A stretch of 64,000 nt of DNA from Macrostomum lignano (taxonomy: Eukaryota). Below, piece by piece: positions 27,143 to 38,119 of the stretch (its first letter is position 1; every line of letters starts with the position of its first letter). Below the pieces are notes generated by a model that saw only the letters and a program-made list of their open reading frames with translations, had not been told where the DNA came from and did no database searches. The DNA lies in contig NIVC01000027.1 of NCBI GenBank assembly GCA_002269645.1, positions 620,001-684,000 of the forward strand. The letters run 5' to 3'. Made by a program: the position numbers and the translations under genes.

Positions 27143-28299
27143 GTGGATCATACAAAAAATGAGGCAGAAGAAATGCCATTTCAGCATGCAGCAAGCAAAC
27201 ATTTGCTGCAAGTAAAGTCTTCTTCTTCTTTTGCATGAAAGAAGACTAGACAAAAAGGCCAATGAGTCTGAGAGCAGAGACAGTCTGAACTGCAATACCT
27301 GCCATTGTTGGCGAGAATAAACAGTACAAGCATAAAGCTTCAGTCCTGAGAAGCGCACCTGTACTCACTCTTGAATTCCGCTCAGTGGCAGAGACTTGAG
27401 ACAGAAGTGCACACAGAGGCCATCAGCTGTTTGAGGTAAAGCGATAAATGAGTTGCTCTTAAGACTGAGTGCAGACATGACCTTCTAGCGACCTGGACTT
27501 GAGCATTTTCAAGTCTCTCTACATGCATTGCAGGAACAAAATTCAATTCAATTCGTCATCAACAACAACACCTTCAGATGCTGGCAAGTCGTGAGCAAAA
27601 AAACTTTTCCTATTAACCCTAATCTCACGGAAATCCCATCCGCAGATTAGGCAGAAAATGCATTGAGTCGCTGACCAAAAAAACTGCTCTCAACACTGCA
27701 CGCTGCATCAGAGGCCTCTTGAAGCTGCCGATTGAGTTGCAGCTTCTCCATCCATTTGGCATCCGCGGAGACAGCCGATTGATGGAGCAGCGAGTGAGCT
27801 TTAGTCCTGGCCATGAGCATGAGCACACACTCAGAGACGGCTAAGAACAAAACACGTACAAAAGGCGTCTTTCTTGTATCCATGACAACAAAGCATTTTA
27901 AGCCTCTACAAAAAACGATTTTTCCAAGTCTTCCACATTTTTATTCAGTTTAAATAGTGAAAACATCTGAGAGAAAATTCATTCCAAAAAATCAATCAGA
28001 TATCTGTGCATTAAAAGTTATTTAAAGGACTCTGATTTTTAAATTGAGTGTCCAGATCAATATAAACATATTGCACCCGGCTGGACTAAATTTCTCATAA
28101 CGCAATGCAGGTTCACTGTTCTCTGAAAGAATATCTGCAGTTTTACAAAAGAAGTTAGCCAATGTAAAATAGTGTGCATTGTAACAAGGTATGGATATAC
28201 TACTTACTATAGTAACGTAATTGAATTCTTATCTCTTCGTATCAGCAACATTTCAGTGGCTTATTGCTGAAATTGTAGGAAAAAGGAGATACGGTAGAG

Positions 28300-28920
28300 A
28301 GAGGGAAAGCATAGAAGGAGAGGGGAGATAGGGATTGGAGGAGAGTGTAGATGGGGAAGGGAGGAGAGGGGAGATAGGGATTGGAGGAGAGTGTAGATGG
28401 GGAAGGGAGGAGAGGGGAGATAGGGAAGGGAGGAGAGTGTAGATGGGGAAGGGAGGAGAGGGGAGATGGGGAAGGGAGGAGAGTGTAGATGGGGAAGGGA
28501 GGAGAGGGGAGATAGGGATTGGAGGAGAGTGTAGATGGGGAAGGGAGGAGAGGGGAGATAGGGATTGGAGGAGAGGGGAGATGGGGAAGGGAGGAGAGGG
28601 GAGATAGGGATTGGAGGAGAGTGTAGATGGGGAAGGGAGGAGAGGGGAGATAGGGAAGGGAGGAGAGTGTAGATGGGGAAGGGAGGAGAGGGGAGATGGG
28701 GAAGGGAGGAGAGGGGAGATGGGGAAGGGAGGAGAGTGTAGATGGGGAAGGGAGGAGAGGGGAGATGGGGAAGGGAGGAGAGGGGAGATAGGGAAGGGAG
28801 GAGAGGGGAGATAGGGAAGGGAGGAGAGGGGAGATGGGGAAGGGAGGAGAGGGGAGATGGGGAAGGGAGGAGAGGGGAGATGGGGAAGGGAAGAGAGAGG
28901 GATAGGAAAGGGAGGAGGGC
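28300..28920. repeat. Polypurine tandem repeat (GGGAAGGGAGGAGAGGGGAGAT and variants)
   Basis: Direct reading. Confidence 0.95.
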
Positions 28921-29526
28921 AGATTTAGAGATTGCATTAGAGTATTCCCTGCGACTTCAGATATTTTTGCATTGGTATTCTGATTAAAACCAAACTTGAG
29001 ACAAACTTTAAACGTTTCTGCTTCAGTTTTGCGATTGCAGGGGCATCGAAGGCACCCATCAGCTGGCCAGTGGTTAAAAAGTGAATTTCTAAACTACTTA
29101 TTTCGCAATTCGCCTCCTGGTTTCTGGCTCTGCCAAATTCCCAAATCATCATGTCACAGTGCCCTCATCTCCGTTCTCATTTCGTAGAACTCGTGGAGTT
29201 TCCAGCTGTGGGCTTGTGAAAGCACTCACTGACTACTGTTGAGTAGCAGTTCGAGTTTTGTAGTTGAGTCTGAGCAGAACACTAAATTAACAATACGATA
29301 ATGTAATGTGCCCCAGCTGTTTATGTTTGCACTAATCTGATTCACCACAACAAAGAAGTTTCTAATTCGAAATTCGCAATCAATAAATGGAGTTGGCTTG
29401 CAAAAAAATATTATTCTTTTTTGGAATTTTGTTTGCATCCGTTTTGAAAGAGGATCCGCAGTCGCACACTGACTGCTTTAAGTAGCCACGCACTGACATT
29501 GCGGCGAATCTGCTGTTCTCTCAGAG

Positions 29527-29639
29527 CCAATGGGAGAGGCAGAAAGCTGGGCAGAGGCGGCCGCACAAGCCAGCAAAAGCAGCCGCAATCTGAGCAGGCA
29601 GGGTAAGAAGGAACTCGCTGCAGCTGCTCCAGGGCCAAT
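29527..29639 (+). promoter_or_regulatory. Paired CCAAT motifs upstream of the ANK-kinase ATG
   Basis: CCAAT at 29527 and 29635, both conserved in the paralog (42168, 42276); function inferred. Confidence 0.3.
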
Positions 29640-29683
29640 AAAATCTGCTGCAGAGGCGGCCGCTGCCCTGCCGGACTCTCGGG

Positions 29684-29790
29684 CTGAGCTGAGACACCTG
29701 CGGCTGAGCTGAGACACCTGCGACTGAGCTGAGACACCTGCGACTGAGCTGAGACACCTGCGACTGAGCTGAGACACCTGCGGCTGACGG
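29684..29790. repeat. 20-bp repeat (CTGAGCTGAGACACCTGCGA) x5 just upstream of the ATG
   Basis: Five copies here; one partial copy in the paralog at about 42325. Confidence 0.9.
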
Positions 29791-29805
29791 ACTGAGCTTG
29801 CTGCC

Positions 29806-32498
29806 ATGGCAGAGCGAGGGAAGCCACCATTTCCTGACAAAAAAGTAAGTAAAGTTCAAGTAAAAAAACTAAAAGTATAATCATATTTGTAGTCTTGACT
29901 GCAGTTGCAGGAACTCACTCACATGTTTGAATGTGCAGCTTGGGTGCCTCAATTGCAGTTGCAGGAACTCACTCACATGTTTTAATGTGCAGCTTGGGTG
30001 CCTCAATTGCAGTTGCAGGAACTCACTCACATGTTTTAATGTGCAGCTTGGGTGCCTCAATTGCAGTTGCAGGAACTCACTCACATGTTTTAATGTGCAG
30101 CTTGGGTGACTCAATTGCAGTTGCAGGAACTCACTCACATGTCTGAATGTGCAGCTTGGGTGCCTCAATTGCAGTTACAGGAACTCACTCAGCCGGACCC
30201 CACCAACCGGGCAAGCGTTGGATCCTCACCAGCCGATCTCCAAACTCTCGCTAACGCCGTCATCCGAGGTGACTTCGGCCAGGTGCGGCGGCTGGCAACG
30301 CGCCAGCTGGTCACCAGCGCTGACGCAGCTCGTCGGACCGTCCTCATGCTGGTGGCCGACGCTCCTGAGACTCCCGTACAGACTGAAAAGTGCATCTTGT
30401 ACTTATTTGAGCTGGGCGCGAACCCCAAGGCGGCTGACGCGAACGGCGACACGGCTGCGCACCTGGCAGCCCGGCGGGACCACCTGCGGCTGCTGACGCT
30501 GCTGTCGTTCGATGCGAAGTGGCTGCGGAACGACAACGGCGCCACTCCGCTGATGGAGGCGGCGCGGACTGGAAGCTGGAAATGCGCCAAGCACCTGCTG
30601 CACCTGCTCAGGCAGAGGAGGTCCAACGAGTGCAAGGAGCACGAAAACTCGAAGAGATCGCGGCTGCTCGGACTGCAGGATCGCGAGGGTCGGACGGCGT
30701 CGGACCTGGCGAGGCTCAGCGGCCACTCAGAGCTGGCCAGCTACATCGAGCGGTGAGTGAGCAGTTCGCTGCTGTGTCCATCAAGTTCTGCAGGATTCGG
30801 CTGGCTATGGTGGCCAGAGCTGCAGTCTCAGGCCAGCCAATCAGAGCCAGTCAGCTGAGCTTGTCTCTGTCTGACTGCTTGATGGGCGAGAGCTGTGATT
30901 AGCTGGCTGCCTCCCAGCCAATGGGGTGCCGGTTGATCTCAGTCGAGAATGGAAGCTGTAGGGCCTCGGTGTGCAGTGAGAGTGTGTGGGTTGAGTTGCA
31001 GATGGAGAACTGAGAGGCTGTGCGTGAGTGCTTTGTGAGACATGGTGAGATGGAAGGAAACTCATGCTGCAGAAATGGAAAATGAGCTGCATGTGAGAAG
31101 TCGGATGCGCTCTCGCCAATGCTGGTTGTTGCAGAGCTGCTTTAGTCTTCTTGGAAACTCCATCTGCGAGCTGCTCAGATAATCAGAAAATTCAGTTATC
31201 TAAATTTATTACCAAAATTCTATTGTAGAACTATAAACTTTTTAATGGCTGTCAAAGTTGTAAAATTTTAGAAAATTTGCTGCTCATTTTGGCTGTTGCA
31301 GGGAACAGCACATACAGCTACAGCACACAGCTACAGCACACAGCTACAGCACACAGCTACAGCACACACAGCTACAGCACACAGCTACAGCACACACAGC
31401 TACAGCACACAGCTACAGCACACAGCTACAGCACACACAGCTACAGCACACAGCTACAGCACACAGCTACAGCACACACAGCTACAGCATGCAAATTATC
31501 CCTCATTGCCTCAATTCGCATCCCCTCAGCCCCCCGTTCCTGGAGCGCTGGGACAAAGTTCGCCTCATCGGTCGCGGAGGCTCTGGCAAAGTCCACGAAG
31601 TTCGAACTGACACGGGCGTAACGTGCGCTGCCAAGACTCTCAAACTGCCTGTGCAGCTCGGTGATGACCAAACCCCTGTGAGCAAGGAGATCCACAGAGC
31701 TGTCGAGAGCGAGAGAAACCTGTGCCGACTGCGGCATCCCAACATCGTCAGGTTCTTGCACATCGCTCAGCCGAAGCCCGCCAAAGTCGTTGTGTTCATG
31801 GAGCTGCTGGACGGCCGAAGCTTGGAGAGGTTTATCGGCAACAAGCCGCTGGACGAGCCAAAGATTCGAGACTTCAGCGAGCAGGTGAGCATTGTGCATC
31901 CTTGATGCTCCTGTTCCATGTTTTCATGAATGATGACTGCTCACTGACCGACCGCTCGCAGATCTGCAGCGCGCTGCTCTACCTGCACAGCCAGCAGCCG
32001 CCCGTGATCCACAGAGACATCAACTGCTCCAACATAATGGTTCGTGCTGACAACACGCGAATCAAGCTGATCGACTTCGGCCTGTCAATCAAGCTGGAGC
32101 AGTCAGTCAGCCACATCTCAGGCTCCACTCCGTTTCCCAAAGGCACTCTGAACTTCATGGCGCCAGAGCTGCTCGGAGCGGGAGAGTCGGACAGCGTGCA
32201 GTACAGCAGAGAGTCGGACATCTGGGCGTTCGGCTGCTCGGTCTTCCAGATGACGTCTGGTGCGAGGCCGTTTTCAAAGTGCAGCAACCCATGGGCGGTG
32301 CCCGAGCTGCTCAAGAAGAGCGGCGCCCCTGCCCTGCCGGATGGCCGGTCCGCAGAGCTTCAGGATTTCTACAGCCGCTGCACCGCCAAGGATCGCAGGA
32401 GGAGAAAATCCGCACAGGAGCTGCTGGAGCACGAGTTCCTGACTGGCGGGAGGCTGCAGCCGGGATTATTCAGCTCGCTTTTCAGCGCAAGGAAATGA
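29806..32498 (+). CDS. Ankyrin-repeat + Ser/Thr kinase (MAP3K/STE11-like) fusion protein, about 500 aa
   Basis: Exons 29806-29844 (GCCATGG, MAERGKPPFPDKK|gtaagt), 30181-30752 (ANK repeats GDTAAHLAA, GATPLMEAA, GRTASDLA; cg|gtgagt), 31530-31884 (IGRGGSG, AAK, E of helix C, LRHPNIV, VFME), 31962-32498 (HRDINCSN, DFG, GTLNFMAPE, SDIWAFG). Intron phases 0/2/0 match; total 1503 nt = 501 codons. Confidence 0.85.
29901..30192. repeat. 54-bp intronic tandem repeat whose last unit supplies the exon-2 acceptor
   Basis: GCAGTTGCAG|GAACTCACTCACATG... starts at 29911, 29965, 30019, 30073, 30127 and 30181. Confidence 0.92.
31305..31488. repeat. ACAGCTACAGCAC(AC) 13/15-bp satellite, short copy
   Basis: Same repeat as 44727-45922. 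Confidence 0.95.
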
Positions 32499-32519
32499 CA
32501 GACACCGGTCAATAACCAA

Positions 32520-32700
32520 AAGTAGACAGAGAGTAGACAAAGAGTAGACAAAGAGTAGACAAAGAGTAGACAAAGAGTAGACAAAGAGTAGACAAAGAGT
32601 AGACAAAGAGTAGACAAAGAGTAGACAAAGAGTAGACAAAGAGTAGACAGAGAGTAGACAAAGAGTAGACAAAGAGTAGAGACAGAGTAGAAAAAGGGTA
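32520..32700. repeat. 10-bp repeat (GAGTAGACAA)n
   Basis: Direct reading, just 3' of the kinase stop codon. Confidence 0.95.
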
Positions 32701-33460
32701 GAGAGCTCTGCAGAGCTGAGTCACTTATACTACAGTTTCAAATCGTACTGGTAAACCGAAAAGCATGTGCTACATGTGCATGTAGAAATTTCCAACCCAG
32801 AATTAAAGTACACTCTGTCACAGTTCAGATTAGAAAACCATAAACTGGCCTGCGAAACGATGAGGACTGCGAGACCAAAGATGCCTTAGAAAAATGGGAC
32901 CTGCCCAAAGTGCCGTGTGGGGGTGGAAAGCGAAGTTCAGCTCCTGTTTAAGTGCACTTTAACTGTTATAGTGCTCCCAGTGATAAACTTTAACAGAAAA
33001 TCCTCAATAAAATGTTGAATTTTAACAATGCTAATTTCCTAATAAGTCTGGAAGATGAAGACACCGAAAATTCATCAGACAGAATGCAGCATCCCTGGGC
33101 CTTTATATCAGTACCAATAAAAACTGGCTCAAATACTCTGCGTATCAGATTTTGATTTCTTTTCCGTAATGTAGAAGTTTTCATTCACTAACTGGAACAA
33201 CTTGTGCTTATTTTTCAAAAATAATAGTATTGCCACCAATAATAACAGTTTTCATGTGCAGATTGCACAGCCAGTTTGATTACTGAAGTTTCAATTGAGA
33301 ATCCTCTGCTCAGCTCAATAGCTTTTTTCTGCTTGCCAAATTTTCTTTCCCCGCTGTCATGGAAACTACAGGCCGGTTGTTTGCTTTGATGATTTTGTTC
33401 TTTTGAGTTCTTGTTGGTTTGAATTTCCAGCTTTCTTCTCTGAGCTGAATTTGTAACACG

Positions 33461-35416
33461 CAATGCATGTGTTGGGCTGTTTATTTACTCAGATACTCCA
33501 GTTCCTGCTGATGCCATCTCACTGAGCTCACTGAGCAGCAATGCATGTGTTGGGCTGTTTATTTACTCAGATACTCCAGTTCCTGCTGATGCCATCTCAC
33601 TGAGCTCACTGAGCAGCAATGCATGTGTTGGACTGTTTATTTACTCAGATACTCCAGTTCCTGCTGATGCCATCTCACTGAGCTCACTGAGCAGCAATGC
33701 ATGTGTTGGACTGTTTATTTATTCAGATACTCCAGTTCCTGCTGATGCCATCTCACTGAGCTCACTGAGCAGCAATGCATGTGTTGGACTGTTTATTTAT
33801 TCAGATACTCCAGTTCCTGCTGATGCCATCTCACTGAGCTCACTGAGCAGCAATGCATGTGTTGGACTGTTTATTTACTCAGATACTCCAGTTCCTGCTG
33901 ATGCCATCTCACTGAGCTCACTGAGCAGCAATGCATGTGTTGGACTGTTTATTTATTCAGATACTCCAGTTCCTGCTGATGCCATCTCACTGAGCTCACT
34001 GAGCAGCAATGCATGTGTTGGACTGTTTATTTATTCAGATACTCCAGTTCCTGCTGATGCCATCTCACTGAGCTCACTGAGCAGCAATGCATGTGTTGGA
34101 CTGTTTATTTATTCAGATACTCCAGTTCCTGCTGATGCCATCTCACTGAGCTCACTGAGCAGCAATGCATGTGTTGGACTGTTTATTTATTCAGATACTC
34201 CAGTTCCTGCTGATGCCATCTCACTGAGCTCACTGAGCAGCAATGCATGTGTTGGACTGTTTATTTACTCAGATACTCCAGTTCCTGCTGATGCCATCTC
34301 ACTGAGCTCACTGAGCAGCAATGCATGTGTTGGACTGTTTATTTATTCAGATACTCCAGTTCCTGCTGATGCCATCTCACTGAGCTCACTGAGCAGCAAT
34401 GCATGTGTTGGACTGTTTATTTATTCAGATACTCCAGTTCCTGCTGATGCCATCTCACTGAGCTCACTGAGCAGCAATGCATGTGTTGGACTGTTTATTT
34501 ATTCAGATACTCCAGTTCCTGCTGATGCCATCTCACTGAGCTCACTGAGCAGCAATGCATGTGTTGGACTGTTTATTTACTCAGATACTCCAGTTCCTGC
34601 TGATGCCATCTCACTGAGCTCACTGAGCAGCAATGCATGTGTTGGACTGTTTATTTATTCAGATACTCCAGTTCCTGCTGATGCCATCTCACTGAGCTCA
34701 CTGAGCAGCAATGCATGTGTTGGACTGTTTATTTACTCAGATACTCCAGTTCCTGCTGATGCCATCTCACTGAGCTCACTGAGCAGCAATGCATGTGTTG
34801 GACTGTTTATTTATTCAGATACTCCAGTTCCTGCTGATGCCATCTCACTGAGCTCACTGAGCAGCAATGCATGTGTTGGACTGTTTATTTACTCAGATAC
34901 TCCAGTTCCTGCTGATGCCATCTCACTGAGCTCACTGAGCAGCAATGCATGTGTTGGACTGTTTATTTACTCAGATACTCCAGTTCCTGCTGATGCCATC
35001 TCACTGAGCTCACTGAGCAGCAATGCATGTGTTGGACTGTTTATTTACTCAGAGGCTCCAGTTCCTGCTGATGCCATCTCACTGAGCTCACTGAGCAGCA
35101 ATGCATGTGTTGGACTGTTTATTTACTCAGATACTCCAGTTCCTGCTGATGCCATATCACTGAGCTCACTGAGCAGCAATGCATGTGTTGGACTGTTTAT
35201 TTACTCAGATACTCCAGTTCCTGCTGATGCCATCTCACTGAGCTCACTGAGCAGCAATGCATGTGTTGGACTGTTTATTTACTCAGATACTCCAGTTCCT
35301 GCTGATGCCATCTCACTGAGCTCACTGAGCAGCAATGCATGTGTTGGACTGTTTATTTACTCAGATACTCCAGTTCCTGCTGATGCCATCTCACTGAGCT
35401 CACTGAGCAGCAATGC
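33461..35416. repeat. 78-bp satellite, about 25 copies
   Basis: Unit CAATGCATGTGTTGGACTGTTTATTTA(T/C)TCAGATACTCCAGTTCCTGCTGATGCCATCTCACTGAGCTCACTGAGCAG; period 33461 to 33539. Confidence 0.97.
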
Positions 35417-35654
35417 AAAACTGCAATTCAGATATTCGGAAACAAAGCACTCATTATTTTCAACACTTAGCTGGGGTTTGCTCTCAGTCACGCAGCTACA
35501 GGACTCAAAAGCTGCGGACTGATGCAGGAGAGACGCTGGGAATTACAGAAACCTCCCAAGAAATCCCGTATAGAATTCGAATTTCGGTGGGCGAGACTGC
35601 AAGATGGAGAGCAGAGGCTGGTCTTCAATGCAGCTCCACCCCCTGTCCCAGTCC

Positions 35655-35945
35655 CTGCTGCATCCATTCGGTCTGAACTCTCAGCTCAAAGCTGCAGGCA
35701 TAAAGTTAATCAGCTGCATCCATTCGGTCTGAACCCTCAGCTCAAAGCTGCAGGCATAAAGTTAATCAGCTGCATCCATTCGGTCTGAACTCTCAGCTCA
35801 AAGCTGCAGGCATAAAGTTAATCAGCTGCATCCATTCGGTCTGAACTCTCAGCTCAAAGCTGCAGGCATAAAGTTAATCAGCTGCATCCATTCGGTCTGA
35901 ACTCTCAGCTCAAAGCTGCAGGCATAAAGTTAATCAGCTGCAGCC
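35655..35945. repeat. 56-bp tandem repeat, about 5 copies
   Basis: GCTGCATCCATTCGGTCTGAACTCTCAGCTCAAAGCTGCAGGCATAAAGTTAATCA. Confidence 0.95.
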
Positions 35946-36427
35946 ACGACTGAATTGCAGCACAGTGCAGGCTGGACAACTCTTGTGCCAGTAAGAGATG
36001 CAGTCAGATAAGCCATGGCAACTGTTTACAGTATTTTAATGCTGCAGCAATGGCTAAGCTGAACTGTGATTACATAGCTGGCTCTAGGCGAACCATAAAC
36101 ACCATCAACTCTGCTTCTGCATCCTGTGCAGCCTCTCGGGTGCTTCACGCAGCTGCACCGCCACTCGCTCTTCCGGCGGGCCGCTGCGGTCTGCCTTGTA
36201 GCGTTGCTGCCTCATCAGCCTCTGCAGATCGGGTCTGATCGGAATCTCAGTGCGCACCTGATGAAGCTCTGTGCGAGTCTGGGTGGCGAGATGCATGCTG
36301 TGCAGCATGGCTCAGATGGCTGCGGGGTTAATTCGACATGATGTAGTTTCTGGTGCACAGACCTTTGCCAGAATTCAATTAACCTGTTTGCACAATGGTC
36401 AGAAAATCACGGCCATTATAATAATCT

Positions 36428-36540
36428 GCTGACGCATCACAGCTCACGATTTGCATGGGGACGCTGAGTAGTCACTGCTGCTGACACATCACAGCTCACG
36501 ATTTGCATGGGGACGCTGAGTAGTCACTGCTGCTGACACA
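36428..36540. repeat. 52-bp tandem duplication
   Basis: GCTGAC.CATCACAGCTCACGATTTGCATGGGGACGCTGAGTAGTCACTGCT occurs twice. Confidence 0.85.
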
Positions 36541-36579
36541 CGAGTGCGCTAATTCTCACTGCATTGGCTGGCATATGGG

Positions 36580-37280
36580 CTGGATTGGTGAATGGGCTGG
36601 CTTGGTGAATGGGTTAGATTAGTGAATGGGCTGGGTTGGTGAATTGGCTGGCTTGGTGAATTGGCTGACTTGGTGAATTGGCTGGCTTGGTGAATACGCT
36701 GGCTTGGTGAATTGGCTGGCTTGGTGAATAGGCTGGCTTGGTGAATTGGCTGACTTGGTGAATTGGCTGGCTTGGTTAATTGGCTGGCTTGGTGAATTGG
36801 CTGGCTTGGTGAATTGGCTGGCTTGGTGAATGGACTGGATTGGTGAATTGGCTGGCTTGGTGAATGGACTGGATTGGTGAATGGGCTAGATTAGTGAATG
36901 GGCTGGCTTGGTGAATGGGCTGGATTGGTGAATTGGCCGGCTTGGTGAATGGGCTGGATTGGTGAATTGGCTGGCTTGGTGAATAGGCTGGCTTGGTGAA
37001 TAGGCTGGCTTGGTGAATTGGCTGGCTTGGTTAATTGGCTGGCTTGGTGAATTGGCTGGCTTGGTGAATTGGCTGGCTTGGTGAATGGACTGGATTGGTG
37101 AATGGGCTAGATTAGTGAATGGGCTGGCTTTGTGAATGGGCTGGATTGGTGAATTGGCCGGCTTGGTGAATGGGCTGGCTTGGTGAATGGGCTGGATTGG
37201 TGAATGGGCTGGATTGGTGAATGGGCTGGATTGGTGAATGGGCTGGATTGGTGAATGGGCAGGATTGGTGAATTGGCTGG
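36580..37280. repeat. 17-bp minisatellite (GGCTGGCTTGGTGAATT)
   Basis: Direct reading. Confidence 0.95.
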
Positions 37281-38119
37281 CTCCCCTGTCACCGCAGTGG
37301 CTGAGTTCGCTAAGAACCATGCAGGACCCGAGAGAAGCGGAAGAGTCGAGAGGAGGCGGCATTTCTGAGTCGCTGCAGAAGCCGAGCAGTCGTGAGCAGC
37401 GCAGCGATGCTCAGCCAGCCGGCAACTCCAGCTGCTCAAAGCACAGAATGCTGAATCGATCAAAACATGCAACAAAATAAATTCATCACATGCTACTCCT
37501 GGGGTGAAGCGATTCGTGAGTAGTGCTCAAGTGCATTGCCATAAACATGTCAAAATGGCAGCAAAAGCTGCTGCAGCTTCTGAGCTGCTCAGCCGTGAGC
37601 ACACAGAAGAGCGGCTATAATCTCTCTCGACTCTGCACTCTCGCACGAGGCCTCACCACAGGTGCGGAGCTCAACCAGCAGTAATGCGAGCGACACCAAG
37701 AAGTGCAGAGTTTCCAACAGAAGACCTGCTTCTGCAGATCAACGGAAGGTGCGACGTCTCCCCCCCCCCAAAATGTAGGATGTCTAATGATGAGGCTGAT
37801 GAGCATTTTGTAACCTGTTGCTGCCCAATTTGCTCAACTGTAATTGCTTATTGAGCTGCTTGTGACGCTAACTGCTTTTTGTCTGCTTAATATCAAAATC
37901 TAATGTAATTGTTTAATGTTTACTGTTCGATGTTCAATTTAGTCTTAGCTTACCTCCAGTCACATTAATCTCGCTGTAAATAAGTGTATCCACAAATACT
38001 TTTATATTATTGTGTAGTCCTGTGCAAATTTCAAATGCTATTAAAACTACTACTTTTTTATTCTTCACCTCAGGAGTAATATCTATAGCGTTTTATTTCG
38101 ACTTTCAACTTCAAGTCTC

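Larger units (their letters stand above)
29203..31303 (+). repeat. Segmental duplication copy 1 (upstream region + exon 1 + ankyrin exon + intron 2)
   Basis: Colinear with 41859-43640 from cagctgtg..ttgtgaaagcactcactgactactgttgagtagcag to the acceptor tgttgcAG|gg / tgtttcAG|gg. Confidence 0.92.

Noticed and set aside
29530-29712. ORFs 29530 and 42171 (MGEAESWAEAAAQ...) as first coding exons
   Set aside because: They stop before, or are out of frame with, the donor. The downstream GCCATGG ATGs (29806, 42347) give phase-0 exons ending at GTAAGT.
30754-30756. TGA stops ending the ankyrin ORFs (also 43280-43282 and 44247-44249), suggesting stand-alone ANK proteins
   Set aside because: Each TGA lies within a consensus GTGAGT donor whose phase matches the next exon, so splicing is the better model. 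Intron-retained ANK-only forms remain possible.
31530-31884. The first kinase exon and the caspase p20 exon (46241-46595) are both 355 nt and phase 2->0
   Set aside because: No sequence similarity between them; treated as coincidence.
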